Source: an uncultured Candidatus Saccharibacteria bacterium (GTDB lineage Bacteria; Patescibacteriota; Minisyncoccia; UBA11713; 2-01-FULL-45-33). From it: 64,000 nt of DNA. The notes under the pieces were generated by a model. That model ran no database searches. It saw only the letters and a program-made list of their open reading frames with translations, and was not told the origin of the DNA. The number at the start of each line of letters is the position of its first letter. The stretch's first letter is position 1. The stretch is taken from the NCBI GenBank assembly GCA_964464405.1, contig CAYXFX010000001.1, forward strand, positions 3,466 through 67,465. The letters are read 5' to 3'. Below are positions 48,819 through 57,893 of the stretch, piece after piece. The translations under genes and the position numbers were made by a program.

Positions 48819-49580
48819 ATGGAAATTAATTACTTAACTTTATTTGCAGGAGCGGCGATTGCCGCTGCGGGGGGAATGATAGGATCATTTGCATTATTGC
48901 GGAAAATGGCGCTTGTCGGGGACGCGTTGTCGCACGTCGCTTTGCCGGGGATAGCTTTGGGACTTCTTTTTAATTTCAATCCAGTCCTTGGCGGGCTTGT
49001 GTTTCTGGGTGTCGGAATTTTAATAATTTGGGCTGTGGAGCACAAAACAAAACTTCCCGCCGATACTTTAGTGGGGATTGTTTTTACATTAGCTCTTGCG
49101 GTTGGCGCATTGCTTACTCCGGAAGAGGAAATTTTAGAAGCTCTTTTTGGGGATATAACTAAAATAACTTCGTTCGATTTTTTGATTGCTGTTTTGATTT
49201 CGGCGTTTATTATTTTTTTGCTTATAATTTTTTATAAAAAATTTTCACTTACATTAATTTCTGCGGATCTGTCGCTTTCTGTGGGGCACCGTCCACATTT
49301 AATTGAGCTTCTTTTTCTTTTGATTTTTGCTTTAGGTGTGGCCGCAGGAATTAAGTTTACCGGGGCTCTGCTTATGGGTTCACTAGTTATAATTCCTGCC
49401 GCAACGGCGAGAAACTTGGCCAGTAGCATGGTCGGATATATAACATTAAGCGCTGTAATTGGAGTTTTGGGCGCTCTATTAGGAATTTTAACTTCCCAAT
49501 TTTATAACATTTCTCCTGGCCCGGCGTTTGTCCTTTTTGCCGGCGCCATGTTTTTTGTTTCGATTTTATTTAGAAAATAA
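48819..49580 (+). CDS. Zn/Mn ABC transporter permease
   Basis: GDALSHVALPG, LFGDI, IIPAATAR. Confidence 0.92.
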   Translation: MEINYLTLFAGAAIAAAGGMIGSFALLRKMALVGDALSHVALPGIALGLLFNFNPVLGGLVFLGVGILIIWAVEHKTKLPADTLVGIVFTLALAVGALLTPEEEILEALFGDITKITSFDFLIAVLISAFIIFLLIIFYKKFSLTLISADLSLSVGHRPHLIELLFLLIFALGVAAGIKFTGALLMGSLVIIPAATARNLASSMVGYITLSAVIGVLGALLGILTSQFYNISPGPAFVLFAGAMFFVSILFRK

Positions 49581-49606
49581 AAAATTGTCCTTCAAAGGAC
49601 AATTTT
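49581..49606. terminator. Bidirectional terminator-like hairpin
   Basis: AAAATTGTCCTT/AAGGACAATTTT between convergent genes. Confidence 0.6.
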
Positions 49607-49949
49607 ATTTCACACTTTCTAGAACCTTTTTAAACACCGCAGGATGCTTTTCTGCCAGTTCAGCCAAAACTTTGCGGTTAAGGCCCACGTTTGTTTTTTT
49701 TAGATTATTTATGAGCTCGTTATACTTGATTCCGTTTTCGCGAGCTGCGGCATTTATTTTTATGTTCCAAAGTGCGCGCATTACTCGTTTCTTTTTCCGT
49801 CGGTCGTTGAAGGCGTGCCGCCCTGCATGAAGAAGCGCTTCTTTTGCGGCGCGTTCTTTTGATTTTCTTTGCCAGCGAAATCCCTTGGTTTGGCTTAAAA
49901 CTTTTCTGCGTCTTTTTAACGCGATTTTTCCTCTTTTAACTCTCGTCAT
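49605..49949 (-). CDS. rplT: 50S ribosomal protein L20
   Basis: MTRVKRG, LWNIKINAAAR, LNRKVLAELA. Confidence 0.98.
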   Translation of the reverse strand: MTRVKRGKIALKRRRKVLSQTKGFRWQRKSKERAAKEALLHAGRHAFNDRRKKKRVMRALWNIKINAAARENGIKYNELINNLKKTNVGLNRKVLAELAEKHPAVFKKVLESVK

Positions 49950-49975
49950 TTATTTGTGTATTTATATGAAATTAT

Positions 49976-50164
49976 TTAAAACTTTAAATACGATGTTACC
50001 ATAACAGATTGCCGTTTGCCTAAAGACATTTTTCTTTTATTATGCAGCTGTTTTGATCTCGATTTTTTCGCCTGAAAATGATTTACACCGCTACCCGGGT
50101 GCATAATTTTTCCGGACTTCGTGAATCTCATTCTTTTTAATATTGATTTTCTTGTTTTTAACAT
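49976..50164 (-). CDS. rpmI: 50S ribosomal protein L35
   Basis: KTRKS..KR...TKSGK; between infC and rplT. Confidence 0.9.
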   Translation of the reverse strand: MLKTRKSILKRMRFTKSGKIMHPGSGVNHFQAKKSRSKQLHNKRKMSLGKRQSVMVTSYLKF

Positions 50165-50176
50165 GAAACCAAATTA

Positions 50177-50683
50177 TCATTTCTTGGGCGATACTGTCAA
50201 GGAAAGCCCTTTGGGTCCCTTTTTAATGTCTTCTCTTGCAAACCCGTGTGAAATCAATTTTAAAAATCGTTCAAGTCTTTCTTCGAGAAATTTTCTATCT
50301 AAATATTTCTCCCGCCCCTTTAAAAATAAATCGATTTTAATTTTATTTCCTTCATTTAAAAACTCATCCGATTGGCGAGCTTTTAGCTCTAAATCGTGCT
50401 GCGAAGTGCCGATCCCTATTCTTATGCTTTTGACCTCGACTTCTTTATGTTTTTTTGCGGCGGCTTTTCGTTTTTTTTCGAGTTCATAAAAATATTTTCC
50501 CCGATCCATGATTTTTGCAACCGGCGGATTAGCCCCTGGCGAAATTTCGATTAAGTCCAATCCGGTTTCTTCTGCACGTTTCAGTGCTTCTGCCAAGGAA
50601 ATTATACCAATATTGTTGCCGTCTTGGTCTATGACGCGAAGTGTTGAGGAAGAAATTTGGTTGTTTAATCTTAAGTTATTGAT
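50177..50683 (-). CDS. infC: Translation initiation factor IF-3, probable ATC start
   Basis: LDLIEISPGANPPVAKIMD; conserved LRLNNQI..LRVIDQDGNNIG continues upstream of TTG 50596 to ATC 50683, in-frame stop at 50693-50695. Confidence 0.92.
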   Translation of the reverse strand: MNNLRLNNQISSSTLRVIDQDGNNIGIISLAEALKRAEETGLDLIEISPGANPPVAKIMDRGKYFYELEKKRKAAAKKHKEVEVKSIRIGIGTSQHDLELKARQSDEFLNEGNKIKIDLFLKGREKYLDRKFLEERLERFLKLISHGFAREDIKKGPKGLSLTVSPKK

Positions 50684-51129
50684 GGTTTTATTTTAGATTT
50701 ATTTCTAAATAATATCAACCCCAATATAAATAATAAAGTTGAAGTTGCCGCGGAAACAATACAGTAAAGACAAATCGCATATATCACAAAAAGTTGAAGA
50801 TAAATTAAAACAAGGCTTGCTAAAAACCCAAGTGGAGTTAAGTATGCTGCTAGCAATAAAACTTTTTCGTTTTTATTATCAAAATAAATAACTGAAAGTA
50901 AAAAAACAGAAAGATAGTACATTGCTCCAAATAAAGCTATTGGAACGCCGAATACGGTGGCGTATTTGCTTGTGGTAACTGTCTCGCACCCTTCAAGTAT
51001 CGTGCAGTTAGGAGTTATGCCCAGATAGTGTACCGCTGTAAGATAAGCTGCGTCTAAAAAACCGATGAAGCTTAAAATTATGAAAGCCCAAAAAAGCCAC
51101 TTAGGAATTAGCACGTATAGCTTCTTCAA
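50671..51129 (-). CDS. Vitamin K epoxide reductase (VKOR) family protein
   Basis: C..LEGCETVTTS.YA, ICLYC, 4-5 TM. Confidence 0.92.
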   Translation of the reverse strand: MKKLYVLIPKWLFWAFIILSFIGFLDAAYLTAVHYLGITPNCTILEGCETVTTSKYATVFGVPIALFGAMYYLSVFLLSVIYFDNKNEKVLLLAAYLTPLGFLASLVLIYLQLFVIYAICLYCIVSAATSTLLFILGLILFRNKSKIKPSIT

Positions 51130-51856
51130 TTAAATTTTTAAACTCGTCGTAGTTTTTGGGATTTTGCATTGTTTTTCCGTTTAGAAAAAACGTAGGGGTT
51201 GAATTTACCTTGGATCCGATTCCGCCCAAGTAATCCTGCTCAACTTTATCTTTAATTTCTTTTGAAGAAATATCATTTTTATATTTATTCATATCTAACT
51301 GCAGTTTTTCGGCGTATGAAGCAAAAATTTCTTCGGTGTTGCGTTTTTCCGACCAGTTTTTTTGGTTGTCAAAAATCATATTATGCATTTCCCAGAATTT
51401 TCCCTGCTTGCCCGCAGCTTCCGCTGCAAACGCAGCGGGCTTTGCTCCCGAATGTTGAGGAAGAGGGAAATGCCTGTATACAATTTGTATTTTTTCCTTG
51501 TAATCTTCTCCCAACTGTTTTACCAGCGGATAATAAGCTCCGCAGGCGGGGCATTGAAAATCGCTATATTCGATTAAAACCACTTTAGAAGACGTATTCC
51601 CCTTGATCCAATCTACTCCGGAAACAGGATTAGTAAGAGACGCAGTTTGAGTATTGCTGTTTACTGCGTTGCCGCCAAATTTGACAGCCGCAAAAATGCC
51701 GCTTGCTATAAGAATCGCAACTCCCGCCCAAAGGCTTATTCTTTTGATTAATTTTTCGCGCTTTCCTTGTCCGGCTTCTTTGTTTTTCATTTGCCGTTTT
51801 AACTCTCTGCGCTCTTTTTTTGAAAGGTTTTCTGTGTTTTGATTATTTTCATCCAT
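51101..51856 (-). CDS. DsbA-like thioredoxin protein
   Basis: EYSDFQCPAC, YRHFPL, STPTFFLNG, N-terminal TM anchor. Confidence 0.93.
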   Translation of the reverse strand: MDENNQNTENLSKKERRELKRQMKNKEAGQGKREKLIKRISLWAGVAILIASGIFAAVKFGGNAVNSNTQTASLTNPVSGVDWIKGNTSSKVVLIEYSDFQCPACGAYYPLVKQLGEDYKEKIQIVYRHFPLPQHSGAKPAAFAAEAAGKQGKFWEMHNMIFDNQKNWSEKRNTEEIFASYAEKLQLDMNKYKNDISSKEIKDKVEQDYLGGIGSKVNSTPTFFLNGKTMQNPKNYDEFKNLIEEAIRANS

Positions 51857-51945
51857 AATGTAATGATAGCATGTTTTGGATTTTTTTCAAATGTTTTCGA
51901 TACTTGCGGTGATTGTTTAATTTTAATAATGTTTAGGTAGGTAGA

Positions 51946-53283
51946 ATGGAGGATATCATGGCGATCTTTGAAAAAATGGCTGAACGAAAAATAGAGAGAA
52001 TGTTTATTTCACCAAACGATGATTCTATTGAAGAAACCAAATGGCTAATATCTGCGATGAGGGCAATGGGGCATGAAAAAGTGCTTCTTTCGTGTTATCC
52101 GGAGGTCGGGCTTAGGTCTTGCGTCGCCATACATGACCTCACATTGAGCGGTTCTATAACAGGGGAAAACGCTTTGGAAAAAGGGCCTATCGGCGGCGTA
52201 CGATTTTATCCGTATTTTTCGGAAAAAGATTGCTTACTAGACGTGTTGAAGCTTTCACAAGCAATGACAAAAAAAGCTTCAGCGGCGGGATTAAACCGCG
52301 GAGGCGCAAAATCAGTAATTTGGGGAGATCCAAAAACCGAAAAAACTTTAGCACTGCTTGCGCAATTGGCAGACGAAGTCGATTTTTTAAAAGGCAAATA
52401 CATTGCGGCTGAAGACATGGGGATTGCCGTTTCGGATTTGAGCTTTATGCGCCAAAGAACCCCGTTTGTTGCTGGGCTTCCGGAAACATATATGCGCGTA
52501 AAAAATGGCAGTGTTTTTAGAGGATCCGGTGAACCTGGTCCGATTACCGCAAAAGGCGTTATGTTGGGGATTAAAGCATGCCTTAAATTTTTAGGGCTAG
52601 GTGACTTAAATGGCAAGGTAATAGCCATTCAGGGTTTGGGGAGCGTAGGATTTCGGCTTGCGAGGTATGCGCATCAGGAAGGAGCTGAGCTTGTTTGTTG
52701 TGATAAGGAAGAGGATAGGTTGCGGCATTTCTGCGAAGAATTTCAAAAAGACGCAGCTATCGGCACTCCCGCAAGATTAGTAAGTTTGGACGCGATATAT
52801 TCTGCCAAATGTGACATCTTTGCCCCATGCGCTTTCGGTGGTGTGTTGAATGAAAAAAACATAGAAAAGTTGGACTGTAAAATTGTTGCAGGTTCTGCAA
52901 ACAATCCCTTGGCCAATTTGGAATGTGCGCGTTTGCTCAAGGAGAAAAGAGTGCTTTACGCGCCGGATTTTATTATAAATGCCGGAGGGCTCATAAATGT
53001 AGATGATGAGCTTAGATCAGACGGTTACAACGTAGAGCGCGTATTGCGTAGAATTGCAGGCACCATTCCCCGCAACCTTTTCAGAGTTTTTCTCGAATCA
53101 AAAGCTTTAGAACTTTCTCCTGCGGAAGTTGCGGAAGTTTTAGCGCGAGAACGAATCGAAACTCAAAAGAAAAAATTAGAATTTCTTTCCGATATGTTTA
53201 AAAAATCCGCAATCGAAATTGCTCGCATGCTTGAAAATGAAGAAAATCTGCTACGCGAGCTGATGAAAGTAATAACTAATTAA
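51946..53283 (+). CDS. Glu/Leu/Phe/Val dehydrogenase (Leu/Phe DH-like)
   Basis: GGVR, LSQAMTKK, GGAKSVI, AEDMG, IQGLGSVG, APCA, GSANN, YAPDFIINAGG. Confidence 0.92.
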   Translation: MEDIMAIFEKMAERKIERMFISPNDDSIEETKWLISAMRAMGHEKVLLSCYPEVGLRSCVAIHDLTLSGSITGENALEKGPIGGVRFYPYFSEKDCLLDVLKLSQAMTKKASAAGLNRGGAKSVIWGDPKTEKTLALLAQLADEVDFLKGKYIAAEDMGIAVSDLSFMRQRTPFVAGLPETYMRVKNGSVFRGSGEPGPITAKGVMLGIKACLKFLGLGDLNGKVIAIQGLGSVGFRLARYAHQEGAELVCCDKEEDRLRHFCEEFQKDAAIGTPARLVSLDAIYSAKCDIFAPCAFGGVLNEKNIEKLDCKIVAGSANNPLANLECARLLKEKRVLYAPDFIINAGGLINVDDELRSDGYNVERVLRRIAGTIPRNLFRVFLESKALELSPAEVAEVLARERIETQKKKLEFLSDMFKKSAIEIARMLENEENLLRELMKVITN

Positions 53284-53297
53284 TTTTTTTTAAATTT

Positions 53298-53323
53298 AAA
53301 AACCCGTAATTTACGGGTTTTTT
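53298..53323. terminator. Bidirectional terminator
   Basis: AAAAACCCGTAA/TTACGGGTTTTT between convergent genes. Confidence 0.75.
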
Positions 53324-53343
53324 ATTTGATTATCCTGTTATAA

Positions 53344-54918
53344 CTAAAATTCTTTATTGCGGATTTGCTTAACTACTTTTGCCCAGTCTTCATCAAGAGG
53401 CTTGTCGATGCTTACAAACTTTATTTTCTTGCGCAGTTTTTTATAAATGTGGGAAGTAAAATGCGCAAACTTCGAAGGATCTTTTTTGCTTTTTAAATCC
53501 ATTCCTTGCGCAGCGATTATCAAAACTCCCGCAAGCAGAATTTCAAATTTTTTGTTAAATTCTAAAGACATTTCTGCTGATCCGAAACCCAAACTTACGA
53601 CATCTTGATTATAGCTTTCCGCAGTTCTTCGATGGATACTATAAGGTGCGGATAAGTAACAGTTTTTTGCAAAAACACTGGAAATGGCGAGGCCCATTCC
53701 TTTAAATCCACTGTTAAATCCCGGCTCTTCTCCGGCCAAACTTGCTCCTAATCCTCGGTTGTATTTTTCGTTTAGCAGCCGCTCTTTTAAGGCGTTTAAT
53801 TCATCTGCTACATCGAAAAGAGAAAGGCGGAGAAAATCCATGGCTTTTGCAATATAAAATCCTGAAAAGTTTCCGGTGTGGTGAACTCTTTTTTCCTGTA
53901 AATTTACAATCGGATTGTCGTTTGCGGAATTTATTTCATTTGTTATCCAGATTTGGGCGAGATTCATAGTTTCAATTGCAGGTCCGAAAAGTTGCGGTGC
54001 GCATCTTATGCAGTAGGGGTCTTGGAGTTCAATTGCAGATTCTACGATCTCCGAAGCTCCTTCCGCTATTTTTTTAACTTGTTCTCTTAAGTCATCGATA
54101 TTTTTTGTTAAGAAGCTTTTCAATAAAAACGTTCTAAGTAAGTCTGCTGCTTTTTTTTGCCCGGGATGATTTTTCATTTGCTGAACAAAGTTATCAAATG
54201 GGTCGGTCATCCCACCCAGCGCTTCGGTTGCCATTGCAGTGGCGGCAACGGAAAGATTTAACATGTATTCGGCGTCATAGAACGCAAGCGAGGCCATTGC
54301 TGTCATAACGGACGTTCCGTTTACAAGAGACAACCCTTCCTTTTCGTGCAGAACTAGCGGGGAAATTCCAAGTTTTTTAAAAAGATGTTCAGTTTTACAA
54401 ATTTTTCCTTTATATTCAACTTTTCCTTTTCCTTGCAACGCTTGCGCTATGGAGGATAGCGGAATCAAATCCCCGCTTGCCCCAATTGATCCTTCCTCGC
54501 GCATTACCGGAATAATGTCTTTGTTTAGTAATTCAATAATTCTTTCAATCTTTTCAATTCCAATTGCCGAGCATCCTTCTTTGGAAAGTGAATTGGCGCG
54601 AAGCAGCATGGTTGCGCGCACTATTTCCTTTTCTAATTTTTTTCCTATTCCGCAGGAAAGCGAATCTATGAGACGTTTCTGGAATTGGACACGTTTGTCT
54701 TCCGGAATTATTTTCCCGACGTTTGCGCCAACCCCCATTTTATCTCCGTAAGCATAAACTCCGCTTTCTAAATAAAATTTACGCCCGTCCGTAATTTTTT
54801 TTCTAAAATCAGAATTTGCCGACAGCACTACAGGCACGTTCTTTCTTGCAACCAAAATAACATCTTCGATTGTTAAGGATTCGCCGTCAACAATAGCCGC
54901 GCCTTCATTGCTTTTCAT
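53344..54918 (-). CDS. MIO-dependent aromatic amino acid ammonia-lyase/mutase (PAL/TAL-like)
   Basis: GSIGASGDL (MIO), KEGLSLVNGT, QDPYCIRCAPQ, NSANDNP, GNF, NQDVVSLG. Confidence 0.92.
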   Translation of the reverse strand: MKSNEGAAIVDGESLTIEDVILVARKNVPVVLSANSDFRKKITDGRKFYLESGVYAYGDKMGVGANVGKIIPEDKRVQFQKRLIDSLSCGIGKKLEKEIVRATMLLRANSLSKEGCSAIGIEKIERIIELLNKDIIPVMREEGSIGASGDLIPLSSIAQALQGKGKVEYKGKICKTEHLFKKLGISPLVLHEKEGLSLVNGTSVMTAMASLAFYDAEYMLNLSVAATAMATEALGGMTDPFDNFVQQMKNHPGQKKAADLLRTFLLKSFLTKNIDDLREQVKKIAEGASEIVESAIELQDPYCIRCAPQLFGPAIETMNLAQIWITNEINSANDNPIVNLQEKRVHHTGNFSGFYIAKAMDFLRLSLFDVADELNALKERLLNEKYNRGLGASLAGEEPGFNSGFKGMGLAISSVFAKNCYLSAPYSIHRRTAESYNQDVVSLGFGSAEMSLEFNKKFEILLAGVLIIAAQGMDLKSKKDPSKFAHFTSHIYKKLRKKIKFVSIDKPLDEDWAKVVKQIRNKEF

Positions 54919-54987
54919 TGTTTGCTCCTCTTATCTACCTGCACTATACTTTTATCAGATAAGAAAAGCAAACGGAGCACAAAAGTT

Positions 54988-56481
54988 ATGGCCATACTGC
55001 CTGTCTATCAGATGTTTCTAAGAAGTAAAAGTTTTTTTCCTAAAAAACCAGCAATAATTTTTGAAGGTTTAGGCGGATTGGGGCGCGTACTTACATACCA
55101 AGATTTGCATAACGAAGTGGAACGGGTGGTGCATTTGATTTTGGATCATACTGACTTGGCGAGTCATCCTGCTTGCAGGGTGTCCGTATGCCTTCCAAAT
55201 TCTCCAGATTTCGTTTCTGTCTATCTTGCTCTTTTAAAATTAGGGATGGTGAGTGTTTTAATAAATCCGGCGCTGCCGGAGACAAGAAGAAACCAAATTG
55301 TTTACGATACCGCCTCAAAACTTTTAATTGATGAAAATTGGCTGAAAACATTCCGAAAGTCGTGTTACCTTTGCGAGTACGAATTTTCGAATTGTCTGAA
55401 AAACGCAGAACCCAAAGCCGACGACACTTCAGTTATTCTTTTTTCGTCGGGGACAACAGGAGAGCAGAAAGGTGTTGAGCTTACATATAACAATATTTTT
55501 AATAATGTTTTTTACACAAATTCGCTTACTGGCATGACGCCGGATGATAGGATAATGTGCTTTGTTCCTCTTACGCATTGTTTCGGGTTAAATTTTGTAA
55601 TGAGCGCTTGTTTTTATACCGGCGCAACGCTGGTGCTTCATGAGAAGTTTAATTTGGAACAAGTGCTTGATTCTTGTGTAAAAAATCGTGCGACGATGTT
55701 TTTTGCGGTGCCGGCGGTTTACAACACATGTTTAAAGTTTGGAATTGAACCGTTTTATTTTTCCTCCGTGCGTTATTTCTTCTACGCGGCTGATTCTCTT
55801 TCTCCAGAATCGTGCGACAGGTGGGAGCGCGAATATGGCAGGAAAATTTACACAGGGTGGGGCTTAACTGAAACTTCTCCATTTGCGACATCGAATCACG
55901 CTTCTATATTTAGGCGCGGAAGTGTGGGGAGGCCGATTCCTGGAGTGGAAATCCAAATTGTAAACGAGAACGGAAAAGATTTGGGTAAAGTGAAAAGATT
56001 TTGGGGTAATTATAAAAATTATTGCGGAGAAATTCGAGTGCGCGGGCATAATGTTATGAAAGGATATTTAAATAATCCCGAGGAAACAAAAAAAGCAATT
56101 GACAAAGATGGATGGTTTAGCACCGGGGATATTGGGTACATAGATTCGGAAGGTTATCTTCATATGATAGATAGAAAAAAAGATATGATTAATGTGGGAG
56201 GAGAAAAAGTTTGGCCGGCTATGGTTGAAAAAAGAATTCTTGCGTGCGACGCGGTGTGCGAAGTTGCCGTAGTGGGTATTCCTCATGAAACCATGGGAGA
56301 GGTACCGAAAGCTTTTATTGTTCCGAAAAATAAGAAAGTTACAAAGGCGCAGATTCATGAATTTTTATCTTCTAAAAAAATACTGACAAAAAACGAGTAT
56401 CCGAGAGAAATAGAATTCATTGATGCGTTGCCTAGAAATCCTTCCGGCAAGATTTTAAAAAATGAATTGAGAAAAAAATAA
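54988..56481 (+). CDS. ANL-superfamily acyl/aryl-CoA ligase
   Basis: FSSGTTGEQKG, WGLTETSP, GEIRVRG.NVMKGY, TGDIG, DRKKDMI, RNPSGKIL; start moved to ATG 54988. Confidence 0.92.
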   Translation: MAILPVYQMFLRSKSFFPKKPAIIFEGLGGLGRVLTYQDLHNEVERVVHLILDHTDLASHPACRVSVCLPNSPDFVSVYLALLKLGMVSVLINPALPETRRNQIVYDTASKLLIDENWLKTFRKSCYLCEYEFSNCLKNAEPKADDTSVILFSSGTTGEQKGVELTYNNIFNNVFYTNSLTGMTPDDRIMCFVPLTHCFGLNFVMSACFYTGATLVLHEKFNLEQVLDSCVKNRATMFFAVPAVYNTCLKFGIEPFYFSSVRYFFYAADSLSPESCDRWEREYGRKIYTGWGLTETSPFATSNHASIFRRGSVGRPIPGVEIQIVNENGKDLGKVKRFWGNYKNYCGEIRVRGHNVMKGYLNNPEETKKAIDKDGWFSTGDIGYIDSEGYLHMIDRKKDMINVGGEKVWPAMVEKRILACDAVCEVAVVGIPHETMGEVPKAFIVPKNKKVTKAQIHEFLSSKKILTKNEYPREIEFIDALPRNPSGKILKNELRKK

Positions 56482-56502
56482 AACCGCATGAGCGGTTTTT
56501 TT
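56480..56502. terminator. Bidirectional terminator
   Basis: AAAACCGC-ATGA-GCGGTTTT between convergent genes. Confidence 0.7.
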
Positions 56503-56509
56503 AGTAAAC

Positions 56510-57529
56510 TTAAACAGCGAACTTGAGTTCTAAGATAGGTTTACAATCTGGGTTTTTTTCAGAGATGGGCTTCGATATATGAAGTTGTTGGAAAGATTGA
56601 ACTGTAATTCCAGTTAAATTTTCTAGTTCGCGCATGCGCCAAATTTCTGCATTTAGAATGCTGTCGTTTCCTATGATTCCATTTTTGTTTAATTTTTTCC
56701 ATACTCTTTGGCAATAAATCCATACGCAAGTATGAGTAACGCCGAATTGTTGGCCTACGGACTTCATGCTTTTTATCTCGAAAGAATGGTCATCAAGCCC
56801 GAATCTAACTTTAAACATTTCTAATGCGTTGTGGTTTATTGCATTAGATAACTCATCCAATTTTTGTATAAAATATTTTAACCTACAGAAAGTTCTAGAC
56901 AGTTCCTCTTTTGCTAAAAAAAGTTTTTCTGGCCCTAAACTAGAAGGGTCGGCAACTATTTCCAATAAATTGCCTTTTTTGCCGTTCTTTTTGTTATCTA
57001 AAGCTTCCATGGGTATGGGTGTTTCAATAAAAGATAGAATAGAGTTTTTAATTTCGGCTCTTGGCTTATGCATTACAGTCGCTATTTCTCCGATTGTCGG
57101 CGCACGCCCCAATTTTTCTGCCAATTTATCAGAGACAAATGAGATTTTGTTCCGGTTAATTTGTGCGGGTACCGATATTCTGATTATTCCATTATTTTGT
57201 ATTGCTCGCCGTATAAAAGCGTGAATCCAATAAATTGCGAATGTGTATAATTTAAGATTTCTTTTATAATCAAATTTGTTAACTGCCTTACGAAGCCCCA
57301 GCGTCCCTTCTTGAATTAAATCCAAAAAATCCATTCCTCGATTTAAATAATTTTTTGCAATATAAATTACGAGTCTAAGATTATGTAAAATCAGTTTTGT
57401 GCCCGCGTCCGAATCATTATTTTCACGGCATTGTCTGGCAAGGATTTGTTCTTCTTCTTTAGTCAAAAGCGGATACTTTTTAATTTCGGCAAGGAACAAT
57501 TTAAGGTTCCTATTTTCAAGGTTTTTCAT
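56510..57529 (-). CDS. Divergent sigma70-family (RpoD-like) sigma factor
   Basis: Region 1.2 PLLTKEEE, region 2 NLRLV..IAK.Y...G..FLDLIQEG.LGL..AV.KFD, region 3 LGRAPT, region 4 RFGL. Confidence 0.88.
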   Translation of the reverse strand: MKNLENRNLKLFLAEIKKYPLLTKEEEQILARQCRENNDSDAGTKLILHNLRLVIYIAKNYLNRGMDFLDLIQEGTLGLRKAVNKFDYKRNLKLYTFAIYWIHAFIRRAIQNNGIIRISVPAQINRNKISFVSDKLAEKLGRAPTIGEIATVMHKPRAEIKNSILSFIETPIPMEALDNKKNGKKGNLLEIVADPSSLGPEKLFLAKEELSRTFCRLKYFIQKLDELSNAINHNALEMFKVRFGLDDHSFEIKSMKSVGQQFGVTHTCVWIYCQRVWKKLNKNGIIGNDSILNAEIWRMRELENLTGITVQSFQQLHISKPISEKNPDCKPILELKFAV

Positions 57530-57648
57530 GTCTTTCCTTGTGTTGGAGATTTACCTTTTGTAATTTTACTATTATTTAGTATAAAAGTCAAGCAAAAACA
57601 ATATATGAAAGGAGAAAAACAAATTCTAAACCACAGCGTCATCGCATG

Positions 57649-57780
57649 TCACGGGTTTTTTGTTGATGAATATTTTGTAAAGCCGGAGTTGTGTTCGTTA
57701 AATATTTTAATTAAGTTCTTAGTAGCGCCGATGTAAAAACTTTTGTCTTTCAAACTCTGGATTATGTAAACGTAGTACAT
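57649..57780 (-). pseudogene. Truncated GIY-YIG nuclease
   Basis: MYYVYIIQSLKDKSFYIG...EHNSG then TGA where PW is expected; conserved Arg replaced. Confidence 0.7.
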
Positions 57781-57798
57781 AAACAAAATATAAAGAAA

Positions 57799-57893
57799 TG
57801 CCCTCTGTCGCACAAGGCTATGGAGGGCACTCCTTTGCAGTTTTTGTTTCGAAGTGCTGCGCACTCCGTAGCTTCCTTTTGGAAGCGAAGGAG
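57799..57893. repeat. Two REP-like hairpins between ssrA and the GIY-YIG remnant
   Basis: TGCCCTC..GAGGGCA (57799-57829) and ACTCC-GTA-GCTTCC-TTTT-GGAAGC-GAA-GGAGT (57863-57894). Confidence 0.6.

Noticed and set aside
53344-54918. Histidine ammonia-lyase hutH
   Set aside because: Lacks the HAL SH and NQED signatures and no other hut genes are nearby, so no symbol assigned.
51857-57893. att-bounded island at ssrA
   Set aside because: No integrase and no repeat of the ssrA 3' end found near 51900; island status is only inferred from gene content.
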